DNA of 46,119 nucleotides, taken from Kiritimatiellia bacterium. GTDB taxonomy: Bacteria > Verrucomicrobiota > Kiritimatiellia > RFP12 > DVOR01. The notes beneath the pieces were generated by a model. It ran no database searches, was not told the DNA's origin, and saw nothing but the letters and a program-made list of their open reading frames with translations. The position numbers were made by a program, and so were the translations under genes. The stretch lies in contig JBJFGP010000160.1 of assembly GCA_051892815.1 (NCBI GenBank), forward strand, positions 1-46,119, in the 5' to 3' direction. This document shows, piece after piece, positions 26,407 to 35,280 of the stretch (positions within the stretch are counted from its first letter, which is position 1; every line of letters starts with the position of its first letter).

Positions 26407-27098
26407 TGAAGCGGCTTGAGGTGCGGTTGGGGTATGGGTTTCGGCGACCTGAATTGTTGGAGTTGGCGCTGACGCATCCGTCGTGCCGGCACGAGTGTGT
26501 GGAGCTTACGGGGGACAATCAGCGGCTGGAGTTTTTGGGGGATGCGGTCTTTGGTCTTTTGGCCGGGGAGGCGCTTTTCTTGACGCACGGGGAGGCGCAG
26601 GAGGGGGCGTTGACGGAGATGCGCAGTCGACTGGCTTCGGCGGTATCGATGGCTGGGGTGGCGCGTGGGCTGGGGTTGGGGGAGTATCTGCGGCTGGGGC
26701 GCGGGGAGGCGCGCAATCGGGGGGGGATGAAGCAGAACAATCTCTGCGATGTATTGGAGGCGGTGTTCGGGGCGGTCTATTTGGATGGGGGGCTTGAGGC
26801 GGCTCGGGGGCTCTTCAATCGGCTCTTTCCGGATGTGGGGAAGATGGCCGTTCAGGGGGGGGATTCGAACCCGCGCGGGAGGCTGCAGGAGTATGCGCGG
26901 CATCGTTTCGCGAGGGAGCCGATGTATCGTCTGGCCGGTCAGGGCGGACCAAGGCACGAACCGTTCTTCCGGACGGTTGCGTGGATTCCCGGAACGGGCT
27001 TTGCGGCCGAGGGCGAGGGCGGCTCCAAGAAGGTTTCGGCGGCGGTGGCGGCGGCGAATCTGCTGCGCGTGCTGCCCACCGATGCGGGAGATTGCTAG
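26406..27098 (+). CDS. rnc: Ribonuclease III
   Basis: NQRLEFLGDAV is the RNase III signature, and a C-terminal dsRBD is present. ATG 26406 overlaps the deoA stop by 1 nt. Confidence 0.9.
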   Translation: MKRLEVRLGYGFRRPELLELALTHPSCRHECVELTGDNQRLEFLGDAVFGLLAGEALFLTHGEAQEGALTEMRSRLASAVSMAGVARGLGLGEYLRLGRGEARNRGGMKQNNLCDVLEAVFGAVYLDGGLEAARGLFNRLFPDVGKMAVQGGDSNPRGRLQEYARHRFAREPMYRLAGQGGPRHEPFFRTVAWIPGTGFAAEGEGGSKKVSAAVAAANLLRVLPTDAGDC

Positions 27099-27183
27099 CC
27101 ACCTTCGGGGGTGATTCGTTGCCACCTGTCGGGGGCGGTGGTGCCTACCTTCGGGGGCGGCGGGTTGGTACCTTTCGGGCGCA
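27092..27183. repeat. 23-bp-phased repeat array R7 (4 units, G-rich flanks on the plus strand)
   Basis: Core A positions are 27101, 27124, 27147 and 27170. The units are gctagccACCTtcggggg, cgttgccACCTgtcggggg, ggtgccTACCTtcggggg and gttggTACCTttcgggcg. The first unit spans the rnc stop at 27096-27098. Confidence 0.85.
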
Positions 27184-27210
27184 TATTTGCGGGCGGCGTG
27201 CGGTTTTTCC

Positions 27211-27239
27211 TTGCGTGGGCGGGTGAAAAAGGCTATCCT
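27211..27239 (+). promoter_or_regulatory. Sigma70-like promoter for infA
   Basis: -35 TTGCGT is at 27211-27216, the spacer is 17 nt, and -10 TATCCT is at 27234-27239. Confidence 0.5.
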
Positions 27240-27275
27240 AGGAGCGTTCGTGGTTTAATCAAGGATAACGAGAGC

Positions 27276-27497
27276 ATGGCGAGTGATGATGCGATTGAAG
27301 TGACTGGTGTAGTCGTCAAGGTGTTGCCTGCGACGATGTACCGTGTCCGGCTTGAGAATGGGCACGAGGTGTTGGCCCACATCTCCGGCAAGATGAGAAA
27401 GTTCTTCATCAAGATTGCAACGGGCGACAAGGTGACGCTTGAGATTTCCCCTTACGATTTGACCAAGGGGCGCATCATCTTCCGCCACAAGGTCTGA
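27276..27497 (+). CDS. infA: Translation initiation factor IF-1
   Basis: The 73-aa S1-like protein reads [63 protein letters not shown]. Confidence 0.93.
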   Translation: MASDDAIEVTGVVVKVLPATMYRVRLENGHEVLAHISGKMRKFFIKIATGDKVTLEISPYDLTKGRIIFRHKV

Positions 27498-27527
27498 GCC
27501 TCCAGGATTCCCCCATCTATTGCAAAG

Positions 27528-27547
27528 TCCCGGCTAATTTGCCGGGG
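27528..27547. terminator. Candidate bidirectional terminator hairpin between convergent infA and the SEDS gene
   Basis: Stem CCCGGC (27529-27534) pairs with GCCGGG (27541-27546), loop TAATTT. The plus strand then has CTTTCGTCGTTT and the minus strand has ACTTTGCAAT. The U-tracts are weak. Confidence 0.4.
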
Positions 27548-27605
27548 CTTTCGTCGTTTCAAAAGGGTGTGTTGCCGGAGCAGGACGCGGGGCGCTCAAG
27601 AGGCA

Positions 27606-28757
27606 TCAGCCGAGCGTGTGGACGGCGTCTTTCACCCGCGTGCGCTCATTGGCGTCGGCGACGCTGACAATACGACCGCCGACATTGAATAGCAGCCCCA
27701 GCGCCATGCAGTCGGCCAAGATGCTCGACCCCCCGTAGCTCACAAAGGGAAGCGCCAAACCCTTCGTCGGCAGCAATCCCGTCACGACCCCCATGTTCGC
27801 CCCCGCTTGCGCCGCCAGCAGAACCGTAGCGCCCAGGGCGATGTAGCGGCCCAAAGGATCGGTCGCCTTCAGCGAGATGGTCAGGCCGCATCCAAGGATA
27901 ACCCCGAAGAAGATGACTAGGCTCGCCGTCCCCGCAAAGCCGAGTTCCTCGCCGACGATGGCGAAGATGAAGTCCGTGTGCGCCTCAGGCAAGTAGTTGT
28001 GCTTCTGGATGCTCTGCCCGAGGCCCACCCCCTTGAGCCCGCCCGAACGGATGGCCAGGAGCGACTGCTTGAGCTGGTAGGCCACCTCCTTGGGCGCGTC
28101 CGAGGTGGCAAACTGCGCCGCCAAACGCGCCCGCCGGTTCTCATTGTTGTAGAGCAGCACCCCCACGCCCAGCAACCCGACAAGCGCGACACTGGCCAGG
28201 TACGGCACCGGCATTCGGGCAGCCAGCATAATCGAACCAGCCAAGATCATCAGCACCATCGCGCACCCGAAGTCGGGCTGCAGCACCACGGGACCGACGA
28301 ACAATAGTAGGATCAGGCAGGTCGGCACCACGCCCTTCCAGAAGAGCCGGACGCGGTCGCGCAACCACACCATCCAAAAAGAGGTCACCACCACCGTCAC
28401 AACCTTCGCAATCTCGCTCGGCTGGATATTGAACAGCGGCGAGCGAATCCACCTCCGGCTCCCGTTGATAGTTCGCCCAACCCCCGGCACGAAGACGCAC
28501 AGGAGCGCCGCAATCGTCAACAGAAAGAGGCAGAGCACGAACTTCGGATTGTTGTAGAGCCGATAGTAGTCGAACCGCCTGATAAGCCACACCAGCCCCG
28601 CACCAATGGCGAAATAGACCAGTTGCCGCGTCCAGAAATGGTTCGCGTTCCCGTAGGTCATCTGCCCGCAGACATCGCTTCCCGAGACCAGCACCAGAAA
28701 GCCCTCAAGCGAGAGCAAGACAACCGCGAAGGCCAGTATGGAGAGGACTTTCCTCAT
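27606..28757 (-). CDS. SEDS-family peptidoglycan glycosyltransferase (RodA/FtsW/SpoVE)
   Basis: The protein is multi-pass with the conserved C-terminal [17 protein letters not shown] motif. Confidence 0.88.
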   Translation of the reverse strand: MRKVLSILAFAVVLLSLEGFLVLVSGSDVCGQMTYGNANHFWTRQLVYFAIGAGLVWLIRRFDYYRLYNNPKFVLCLFLLTIAALLCVFVPGVGRTINGSRRWIRSPLFNIQPSEIAKVVTVVVTSFWMVWLRDRVRLFWKGVVPTCLILLLFVGPVVLQPDFGCAMVLMILAGSIMLAARMPVPYLASVALVGLLGVGVLLYNNENRRARLAAQFATSDAPKEVAYQLKQSLLAIRSGGLKGVGLGQSIQKHNYLPEAHTDFIFAIVGEELGFAGTASLVIFFGVILGCGLTISLKATDPLGRYIALGATVLLAAQAGANMGVVTGLLPTKGLALPFVSYGGSSILADCMALGLLFNVGGRIVSVADANERTRVKDAVHTLG

Positions 28758-29980
28758 GCCTCCAGACGCGAAGCAATCCCCTTGATGCGCTTGAGCGCCT
28801 CGCGGACATTCTCGCGCGAATTGAAGGCGCTCACGCGGATATAGCCCTCTCCCGAACGCCCGAATCCAGCCCCCGGCGTCGTCACCACCTGAGCCTCCTT
28901 GAGCAACCGGTCGAAGAACGCCCAGGAATCGCCCTTCACATTGATCCAGACATAAGGACTATTCTCCCCGCCCACGCACGAATACCCCAGTTTCGAGAAC
29001 GCCTCGCGGATGAGTTTGGCGTTGGCAAGGTAGTAGTCAATCTGCTTGCGGGTCTGACTCGCCCCGCTCTTCGAAAAGACCGCCTCCGCCGCACGCTGCA
29101 CCGGATAGGATACGCCATTGAACTTGGTGGTGTGGCGGCGGTTCCAAAGCGGATGCAAAGCAACCGGCTTGCCCTTCGCCGTGTACGCCACAACCTCCTT
29201 CGGCACAACCGTAAAGGCGCAGCGAACCCCAGTGAACCCGGCCGTTTTCGAGAAACTGCGAAACTCGATGGCGACCTCCTTCGCCCCCTCGATTTCGTAG
29301 ATGCTGCGGGGAATCCCAGGTGTGCGGATGAAGGCCTCGTAAGCGGCATCGAAGAGAATCAGAGCCTTGTTGCGACGGGCATAGTCGACCCACGCCTGGA
29401 GTTGTTCGCGCGTGGCGGTCGCACCGGTAGGATTGTTCGGGAAGCAGAGGTAGATAAGATCGACCGGCTCCTTCGGAAGCCCGGGGACAAAACCGTTGGC
29501 CGCATTGGACTCAAGGTAGACCAACCCGGAATAGCGCCCGTTCTTTGCCGCCCCCGTGCGCCCGGCCATCACATTCGTGTCGACATAAACAGGATAGACC
29601 GGATCGGGAACGGCTATGGTCAACTGGCGGGCGAAAAGCTCTTGGATGTTCGCCGTGTCGCACTTGGCGCCGTCGGAGACAAAGATTTCGTCCGGGGCGA
29701 TATTGGTATAGGAGTTCTTCGCAATGGCTTCCCGGAGGAAGGAGTAGCCCTGCTCAGGCCCGTAGCCGCGGAAAGTCTCGGCATGGGCGAGTTCCTCGAC
29801 AGCCTTGGTCATGGCTTTTACGCAGGCGGGCACCAGAGGCAAAGTCACATCGCCGATGCCTAGGCGGATGACGGCGCGACCGTCTGGATTGGCTTCGGTG
29901 TAGGCCTTGACGCGACGGGCGATTTCGGAAAACAGGTAGGAGGACTGGAGTTTGGCGTAGTTTTCGTTGACTTTGATCAT
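28754..29980 (-). CDS. dapL: LL-diaminopimelate aminotransferase
   Basis: The N-terminal [24 protein letters not shown] and the [13 protein letters not shown]-lysine region are characteristic of DapL. Confidence 0.9.
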   Translation of the reverse strand: MIKVNENYAKLQSSYLFSEIARRVKAYTEANPDGRAVIRLGIGDVTLPLVPACVKAMTKAVEELAHAETFRGYGPEQGYSFLREAIAKNSYTNIAPDEIFVSDGAKCDTANIQELFARQLTIAVPDPVYPVYVDTNVMAGRTGAAKNGRYSGLVYLESNAANGFVPGLPKEPVDLIYLCFPNNPTGATATREQLQAWVDYARRNKALILFDAAYEAFIRTPGIPRSIYEIEGAKEVAIEFRSFSKTAGFTGVRCAFTVVPKEVVAYTAKGKPVALHPLWNRRHTTKFNGVSYPVQRAAEAVFSKSGASQTRKQIDYYLANAKLIREAFSKLGYSCVGGENSPYVWINVKGDSWAFFDRLLKEAQVVTTPGAGFGRSGEGYIRVSAFNSRENVREALKRIKGIASRLEA

Positions 29981-29986
29981 GGTTGG

Positions 29987-30892
29987 CTACTCTTTGGGGG
30001 ACGAGAGAATCCACCGTTTGTTGAACCAGAACCATTGGCCGGGGTCTGCGCGTATAGCGCGGTCGAAGCCTGCCATGACGGCCGCGACTAGGCGGCGCGT
30101 ATCGGTTTCGGGCTCTGCGGCGGGGTCGGGATAAAGGGTGTCGAGGACTTCGAAGTGGAATTGGGTCCAGCCCACGCGGTGGGGTGCGGCGACGAGGATG
30201 GGTACATTGGCGTTGTGGGCGAAGCGGCCCACGCCTTCGCCGACATTGGCGGTTCCTCCGAGGAAGGGGACTTGTATGGCCTGGTGTTTGAGGCTGATAT
30301 CGGCGAGAATGGCGAGTGCGCCTCGGTTGGCGAGAACTTCGGCCACTTGGCGGAGGGAGGCGCGGCTTTGGCGTTCGACGATTTGCGTGCCGTGCGTGCG
30401 GGTACGGTTGATCCAGTTGTTGAGGAGGGGGTTTTTCTGTTTGGAGGCGATGGCTATCATGCGGATGCCGTAGATGCGGCAGGCGATGGCGGCGAGGTCC
30501 CAGTTGCCGTAGTGGGGGACGGTGATGACGATTCCGCCGTATTGGTCGATGAGTTTTTTGACGGGGCCTATCTGCGGACCGAAGTCTGGCATGTGCCGGT
30601 CGACCCAGGTTTTGTCGAAGCGATCGGCGCGCATCATTTCGATGGTATTGAAGACCATGTTGCGCAGGGTGAGCCAGGCGATGCGGTCGATGGTGCGTCT
30701 CGGGGTCTGGTCTCCGAAGACTTGGCGGACGCGTTTGGCGACTTGGGCGCGTTTGGGCCTGAGGGTATGGAAGACGAGGCGCAGGAGGAGCCAGGCGAGG
30801 GCGAAGGCGAGGCGCAGGGGAAGGAGTCCCAACAGGAGTTGGAAGGCGCGGACGAGGGCGTATTCGAGGTAGTGGCGGGGTGTGGGCTTCAC
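29987..30892 (-). CDS. Lipid A biosynthesis (Kdo)2-lipid IVA acyltransferase family protein (LpxL/HtrB-like LPLAT)
   Basis: It has an N-terminal membrane anchor and the PHYGNWD HX4D acyltransferase motif. Confidence 0.8.
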   Translation of the reverse strand: MKPTPRHYLEYALVRAFQLLLGLLPLRLAFALAWLLLRLVFHTLRPKRAQVAKRVRQVFGDQTPRRTIDRIAWLTLRNMVFNTIEMMRADRFDKTWVDRHMPDFGPQIGPVKKLIDQYGGIVITVPHYGNWDLAAIACRIYGIRMIAIASKQKNPLLNNWINRTRTHGTQIVERQSRASLRQVAEVLANRGALAILADISLKHQAIQVPFLGGTANVGEGVGRFAHNANVPILVAAPHRVGWTQFHFEVLDTLYPDPAAEPETDTRRLVAAVMAGFDRAIRADPGQWFWFNKRWILSSPKE

Positions 30893-30920
30893 GCGGGCTG
30901 GGGCTGTGGGCGGGGGTGGT

Positions 30921-31382
30921 CTAGAGGCCGGGTTGAGCCCTGTTTTTGGCGCGAAGGGTGTCGGCGAGGGTGGCGAGGAGGTTGTTTTGGCTGGCCTGGA
31001 GGGTTTGGAGGGAGTCGAGGAGTTCGGCGGTTTGGGTATCGTCGGCTTCGCGGTCTCGGGTGAGGTCGGTCAGTTGGCGGATTTGGGCCTCTTGCTCGGC
31101 TATTTTGGCTTCGGCTTTGAGGAGCATGCGGCGGGTGGCGAAGAGTTGGCGGAGGAGTTCGCCGGGCTCAAGGTCGAGGTCGGAGATGCGCATGCCTTCG
31201 GGGATTGGGGTCTGTACGGTGTTGCCGCAATCGGGGCAGGGCACATGGAGTCCGGCGCCTTTGTAGTCGATGACGAGGGTGTGGCCGCAGACGGGGCAGT
31301 CGAAGACGATGTCGGTGGCGCGGATGTCGTCTTCGTCGGGGGTGGTGGTGGAGGCGTTCTCGGGGTTTTCGTGCGAATCCAT
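30921..31382 (-). CDS. Hypothetical zinc-ribbon plus coiled-coil protein
   Basis: CPVCGH...18 aa...CPDCGN is a four-Cys ribbon. It is followed by a heptad-like Gln/Leu/Ala-rich helix. AGGAGA lies upstream of the ATG. Confidence 0.6.
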   Translation of the reverse strand: MDSHENPENASTTTPDEDDIRATDIVFDCPVCGHTLVIDYKGAGLHVPCPDCGNTVQTPIPEGMRISDLDLEPGELLRQLFATRRMLLKAEAKIAEQEAQIRQLTDLTRDREADDTQTAELLDSLQTLQASQNNLLATLADTLRAKNRAQPGL

Positions 31383-31503
31383 GGCGTTTCTCCTATCGAG
31401 TGTTCGGGTTGTTCGGGTTCGATGGTCTTTGCCAAAGGCACGGAAAGGCGACGCCGCGTGTGGTGCGTGCGCCGCCTTCCGCCGGAACGGTCTCGCCGAC
31501 CGT

Positions 31504-31731
31504 TTAGGCTTTGACGATGTTGGCCGACTTGAGGCAGGCGGCGCAAACGGTGATGCGGCGGGTGTTGGTGCCGTCTTTGACGCGGACGGAACGCAGGTTG
31601 GGCATAAAGCGGCGGCGGGTGATGCCGGTGGTGTGCAGGCCGATGCCGCCTTTGGCTTTGGCCAAGCCGTGGCGAACGATTCGATTGCCGGTCATGGGGC
31701 TTTTTCCGCAAATTTCACAAACTCTGGACAT
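31504..31731 (-). CDS. rpmB: 50S ribosomal protein L28
   Basis: The sequence is MSRVCEICGKSPMTGNRIVRHGLAKAKGGIGLHTTGITRRRFMPNLRSVRV. Confidence 0.92.
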   Translation of the reverse strand: MSRVCEICGKSPMTGNRIVRHGLAKAKGGIGLHTTGITRRRFMPNLRSVRVKDGTNTRRITVCAACLKSANIVKA

Positions 31732-31754
31732 GTCTATCTCCTCAAAAGGCGGTC

Positions 31755-31783
31755 AGAATAGCATATTCGGGGGGGAGTGTCAA
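31755..31783 (-). promoter_or_regulatory. Near-consensus sigma70 promoter for rpmB
   Basis: On the minus strand, -35 TTGACA is at 31783-31778, the spacer is 17 nt, and -10 TATTCT is at 31760-31755. Confidence 0.6.
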
Positions 31784-31825
31784 TCTTTTTCCGCGGGTCG
31801 GGCGGATGGGTTCGAAGGGCAGCGG

Positions 31826-31917
31826 CGGGTAGGCAGGAATGGGGGCTAGTGGTGGGTATCTTCGGGGGGCGTTGGTGGCTACCTGGTGGGGTAATGGGTA
31901 GGTTGGAATGGGGCTAG
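31826..31917. repeat. 23-bp-phased repeat array R8 (4 units)
   Basis: The anchors are 31835 (gggtaggcAGGAatggggg), 31858 (ggtgggTATCTtcgggggg), 31881 (ggtggcTACCTggtgggg) and 31904 (gggtaggtTGGAatgggg). The last unit reaches the stop (31914-31916) of the minus-strand regulator. Confidence 0.8.
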
Positions 31918-32984
31918 GGGTGGCGATGGGAGCCGGGGGTGCCGAGCCCGGCGCGTTTGAAGGCGGTTATCAGGTGGGAGGCGCCGGAGAAGCCGGTCTG
32001 GTCGGCGATTTGGTCGAGGGATCGGGTGGTGGTCTGGAGCAGTTGGACGGCCAATCGAATCTGGTGGAGGCGCCAGAGGGCTGCGGGGGAGGTGTGGAAG
32101 GTGGCGCGAAAGTGGAGTTCGAGGGCGCGGCGGGATAGGCAGGCGTGGCGGGCTAGGCGCGGGATGTCGGGCGGGGCGTCAAGGTGGCGATGGATATAGT
32201 TGATGGCGCGCGCGAGGGCGGGATTGGACGGGTGGCGCCAGCCGGTTGATTCGCGCATCACGGGCGGCAGGGGGGCAAGCGGCTGGGGGGAGGCGTCGGA
32301 GCCGGAAAGGAGGTGTTCGACGGCCAGGCGGCCGAGTTGCTCTTCGGGCAGCGGGATGGTGCTCAAGGGGATGGGGGAAAGGAGGCTCGCCGCCGCTTCG
32401 TCGCCCGTCCCGAGAATGGCAATATCGTCGGGAACCGGGCGGCCGAGTTCCAGACAGGCGGTCGCCACGCGGCAAGCCAAACGATCCGTGGTACAGTAGA
32501 CGCCTGCCCCCTCCGGAAGCGTCCGAATCCACGCGCGGAGCGTATCCCCGTGGCGCCAATCGCCAAAGGTCTCGGGCGGCGGCAAGGTAGCCTGGAAGCC
32601 CTCGGAACGAAGCCGTGCACCATAATGGGCGGGGTTCGCCAGACACGCCGTAGCCACCAGCCCCATCGTCTCAAAGTGCTGCCGCGCCAGCTGCCCAACC
32701 GCCAACTCGTCCACCACAACCGAAGGAATCGAACGGATTCGCGAGACTGTCGAAATGTTCACCCTACGCACCTTCGCATCCGATTCCAACGCACGATCGC
32801 TGACATAAGGCGCAATCACCCCGTCCACCTGACCGCGTTGCACCAGCGTCCGGAGAATCGGCGCCTGCTCCTGCTCCAAAGGCAGAAGTTCAACCCCAGA
32901 GTGCGCCAAAACCGCACCCCGCGCACCCTCCAAAAGGGGCAAAGTAGACCCGAAATCGGGTGCCAATACTACCGCGATACGCAT
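31914..32984 (-). CDS. Second XylR-like hybrid regulator (PBP-like sensor domain plus AraC-type HTH)
   Basis: The C-terminal LDQIADQTGFSGASHLITAFKR is an AraC HTH, and the N-terminal domain is PBP-like. Start is ATG 32984 (MRIAVVLAP); the longer track ORF is rejected. Confidence 0.8.
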   Translation of the reverse strand: MRIAVVLAPDFGSTLPLLEGARGAVLAHSGVELLPLEQEQAPILRTLVQRGQVDGVIAPYVSDRALESDAKVRRVNISTVSRIRSIPSVVVDELAVGQLARQHFETMGLVATACLANPAHYGARLRSEGFQATLPPPETFGDWRHGDTLRAWIRTLPEGAGVYCTTDRLACRVATACLELGRPVPDDIAILGTGDEAAASLLSPIPLSTIPLPEEQLGRLAVEHLLSGSDASPQPLAPLPPVMRESTGWRHPSNPALARAINYIHRHLDAPPDIPRLARHACLSRRALELHFRATFHTSPAALWRLHQIRLAVQLLQTTTRSLDQIADQTGFSGASHLITAFKRAGLGTPGSHRHP

Positions 32985-32996
32985 AATTGCGCAATC

Positions 32997-33025
32997 AGTA
33001 AACCATATTCGACGCATAAGCGCAA
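32997..33025 (-). promoter_or_regulatory. Candidate promoter for the second XylR-like regulator
   Basis: On the minus strand, -35 TTGCGC is at 33025-33020. After a 17-nt spacer comes the TG-extended -10 TGgTTTACT, hexamer at 33002-32997. Confidence 0.4.
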
Positions 33026-33044
33026 TGAAAAACCCGCCCAAGTA

Positions 33045-33053
33045 TGGTAGAAT
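33045..33053 (+). promoter_or_regulatory. Extended -10 promoter element (TGgTAGAAT) for gmd-fcl
   Basis: The 9-mer is identical to the one upstream of nadD. It lies 38 nt upstream of ATG 33092. Confidence 0.45.
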
Positions 33054-33091
33054 GTCACCTTGACTAACCTCAATCACCCGACAGCGAACAG

Positions 33092-34123
33092 ATGAAAAAG
33101 GCACTCATTACCGGCATCACCGGCCAAGACGGCTCTTATTTGACCGAACTTCTGCTCAATAAAGGCTACGAAGTCCACGGCATCATCCGCCGCAGTTCCA
33201 GCTTCAACACTGGACGCATCGACCACCTCTACCAAGACCCGCACATTATCGGCGTGCGCCTCCACCTGCACTTTGGAGACCTCTCCGACTCCGGCAACCT
33301 CACCCGCCTGGTCTATGAAATCCAGCCGGACGAAATCTACCATCTCGCCGCCCAAAGTCACGTGCGCGTCTCCTTCGATATGCCGGAATACACCGGCGAT
33401 GTCGACGCCCTAGGCGTGATGCGCCTCCTTGAGGCCGTCCGGGCCGCAGGACTGGCCACCAAAACCCGCTTCTACCAGGCATCCACCTCGGAACTTTTCG
33501 GTAAAGTCCAGGAGGTGCCCCAGCGCGAGACGACCCCCTTTTATCCCAGAAGTCCCTACGCGGTTGCCAAGCTCTACGGCTTCTGGGCGGTTAAAAACTA
33601 CCGCGAGGCCTACAACCTATTCGCCTCCAACGGGATTCTCTTCAATCACGAGTCGCCTCGCCGTGGACCGACCTTCGTGACACGCAAGATTACGCTGGCG
33701 GCGGCGCGTATCAAGATGGGCATCCAGAAGGAACTTTACCTGGGTAATGTCGAGGCGCTGCGCGACTGGGGGTTTGCCGGGGATTATGTCGAGGGGATGT
33801 GGCGAATTCTCCAGCATGATAGGCCCGACGACTTCGTTTTGGCTACCGGGGAGATGCACAGCGTGCGGGAGTTCTGCGAGGAGGCTTTCGCTTTGGTCGA
33901 CTTGGACTGGAAGGAATATGTCCGGCACGATGATCGGTACAACCGGCCCTCGGAGGTGGAGCAGTTGCTGGGTGATCCGAGCAAGGCGCGGCAGGCGCTG
34001 GGTTGGGAGCCGAAGGTGACTTTCAAGGGCTTGGTCAAGCTGATGATGGAGGCGGATTTGCAGGTGGCTCGGCGTGAACTTGCGGTCCTGAATGCGGGCG
34101 GGACGCTCTCGAACGCGGAGTAA
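33092..34123 (+). CDS. gmd: GDP-mannose 4,6-dehydratase
   Basis: The sequence [47 protein letters not shown] and the following region are highly characteristic. Confidence 0.94.
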   Translation: MKKALITGITGQDGSYLTELLLNKGYEVHGIIRRSSSFNTGRIDHLYQDPHIIGVRLHLHFGDLSDSGNLTRLVYEIQPDEIYHLAAQSHVRVSFDMPEYTGDVDALGVMRLLEAVRAAGLATKTRFYQASTSELFGKVQEVPQRETTPFYPRSPYAVAKLYGFWAVKNYREAYNLFASNGILFNHESPRRGPTFVTRKITLAAARIKMGIQKELYLGNVEALRDWGFAGDYVEGMWRILQHDRPDDFVLATGEMHSVREFCEEAFALVDLDWKEYVRHDDRYNRPSEVEQLLGDPSKARQALGWEPKVTFKGLVKLMMEADLQVARRELAVLNAGGTLSNAE

Positions 34124-35085
34124 TGGCGATGGTGGATCTCAAGTCGAAAAGGATCTATGTGGCGGGGCACAAGGGGATGGTCGGGGCGGCCATCTGCCGG
34201 GAACTTAGGCGCATTGGGGCGGAGCGTCTGATTACCGCGAGCCACGCGGAGTTGAACTTGATTGACCAGGCGGCGGTCAACGCTTTTTTCGCCAGGGAGA
34301 AGCCCGAGGTGGTGGTTTTGGCGGCGGCGAAAGTGGGGGGGATTGAGGCGAACCGGCAGGCGAAGGGGACTTTCCTCTACGAGAACATTCTGATTGCGGC
34401 AAATGTCATCGAAGCGGCGCGGCAAAGCGGTTGCCAGAGGCTGCTCTTTCTGGGCAGTTCCTGCATCTATCCGCGCCTGGCGCCTCAGCCGATGAGGGAG
34501 GATTGTCTCTTGACTTCGGCGCTGGAGCAGACGAACGAGGGGTATGCGCTGGCGAAAATCTCGGGGTTGAAGTTGTGCGAATACTACCGCAAGCAGTATG
34601 GGCTCTGCTACCACTCGGCGATGCCCACGAATCTCTATGGAACGGGCGACAATTACCACCTGACGCACGCGCATGTCCTGCCCACGCTCATACGCAAGTT
34701 TGACGAGGCCAAGGAGCGCGGAGACGCCACGGTTCCGCTTTGGGGGACGGGCAAACCGTTGCGCGAATTCCTCCATGTCGACGACCTTGCCTCGGCCTGC
34801 CGCCTGTTGCTCGAACTGGACAATCCGCCTGATTTGGTGAATGTCGGAAGCGGCCGGGAGTTGACCATTCGCGAACTTGCCGAGAAGGTCCGCCAGGCCG
34901 TTGGATGCACCGCCGAACCGGTCTTCGATCCGACCATGCCCGATGGCACCCCGCGCAAACTTTTGGACATATCCCTGCTCAAAAGCCTTGGCTGGGAGCC
35001 CCGGATTTCGCTCGAAGAGGGCATTGCCCGGACCGTCCGCGAATACCGCGAAGAGAAGGCCAAGGGCAACCTCCGGATGCGCTAA
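34123..35085 (+). CDS. fcl: GDP-L-fucose synthase (GDP-4-keto-6-deoxymannose 3,5-epimerase/4-reductase)
   Basis: It has VAGHKGMVG, the YALAK catalytic motif, and PLWGTGKPLREFLHVDD. The start overlaps the gmd stop as TAATG. Confidence 0.92.
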   Translation: MAMVDLKSKRIYVAGHKGMVGAAICRELRRIGAERLITASHAELNLIDQAAVNAFFAREKPEVVVLAAAKVGGIEANRQAKGTFLYENILIAANVIEAARQSGCQRLLFLGSSCIYPRLAPQPMREDCLLTSALEQTNEGYALAKISGLKLCEYYRKQYGLCYHSAMPTNLYGTGDNYHLTHAHVLPTLIRKFDEAKERGDATVPLWGTGKPLREFLHVDDLASACRLLLELDNPPDLVNVGSGRELTIRELAEKVRQAVGCTAEPVFDPTMPDGTPRKLLDISLLKSLGWEPRISLEEGIARTVREYREEKAKGNLRMR

Positions 35086-35114
35086 TCCACCGCCCCGGAA
35101 GCCCTCGCCAAACC

Positions 35115-35144
35115 AATTGGCCGGCGCAAATGCGCCGGCCAATT
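35115..35144. terminator. Bidirectional terminator hairpin between convergent fcl and argH
   Basis: A perfect 13-bp stem pairs AATTGGCCGGCGC (35115-35127) with GCGCCGGCCAATT (35132-35144), loop AAAT. Confidence 0.6.
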
Positions 35145-35165
35145 TCATTGCAAGGCCAAGCCCGA

Positions 35166-35280
35166 AAGGTACCCATCAGTCCCCCCGGCTGGTACGCACC
35201 TTTGCCCCCCGCACCTGCCAACCAACCGCCCCCAAAAGTGCCCACCTTCCACCCCGGAGGCAACGCACCTTATTCCCGCC
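35166..35280. repeat. 23-bp-phased repeat array R9 (5 units)
   Basis: The anchors are 35175 (ggtacccATCag), 35198 (tacgcACCTttgcccccc), 35221 (tgccaACCAaccgccccc), 35244 (gtgcccACCTtccacccc) and 35267 (caacgcACCTtattcccgcc). Confidence 0.8.

Noticed and set aside
25695-27125. 476-aa minus-strand ORF antisense to deoA and rnc
   Set aside because: It is an Arg/Pro-rich shadow ORF. Both plus-strand genes carry clear catalytic signatures and are translationally coupled.
27111-27275. 55-codon N-terminal extension of infA
   Set aside because: It runs through repeat array R7 and the infA promoter. IF-1 is universally about 72 aa, and ATG 27276 gives exactly that.
31402-31419. Tandem 9-mer GTTCGGGTT x2 upstream of the Zn-ribbon gene
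   Set aside because: There are only two copies, inside a short 5' UTR. No other copies were noticed in the window, so it is likely incidental.
31486-31504. 7-bp hairpin (AACGGTC/GACCGTT) overlapping the rpmB stop codon as a terminator
   Set aside because: No U-tract follows on the minus strand, and the downstream gene appears co-transcribed. Evidence is insufficient to call a terminator.
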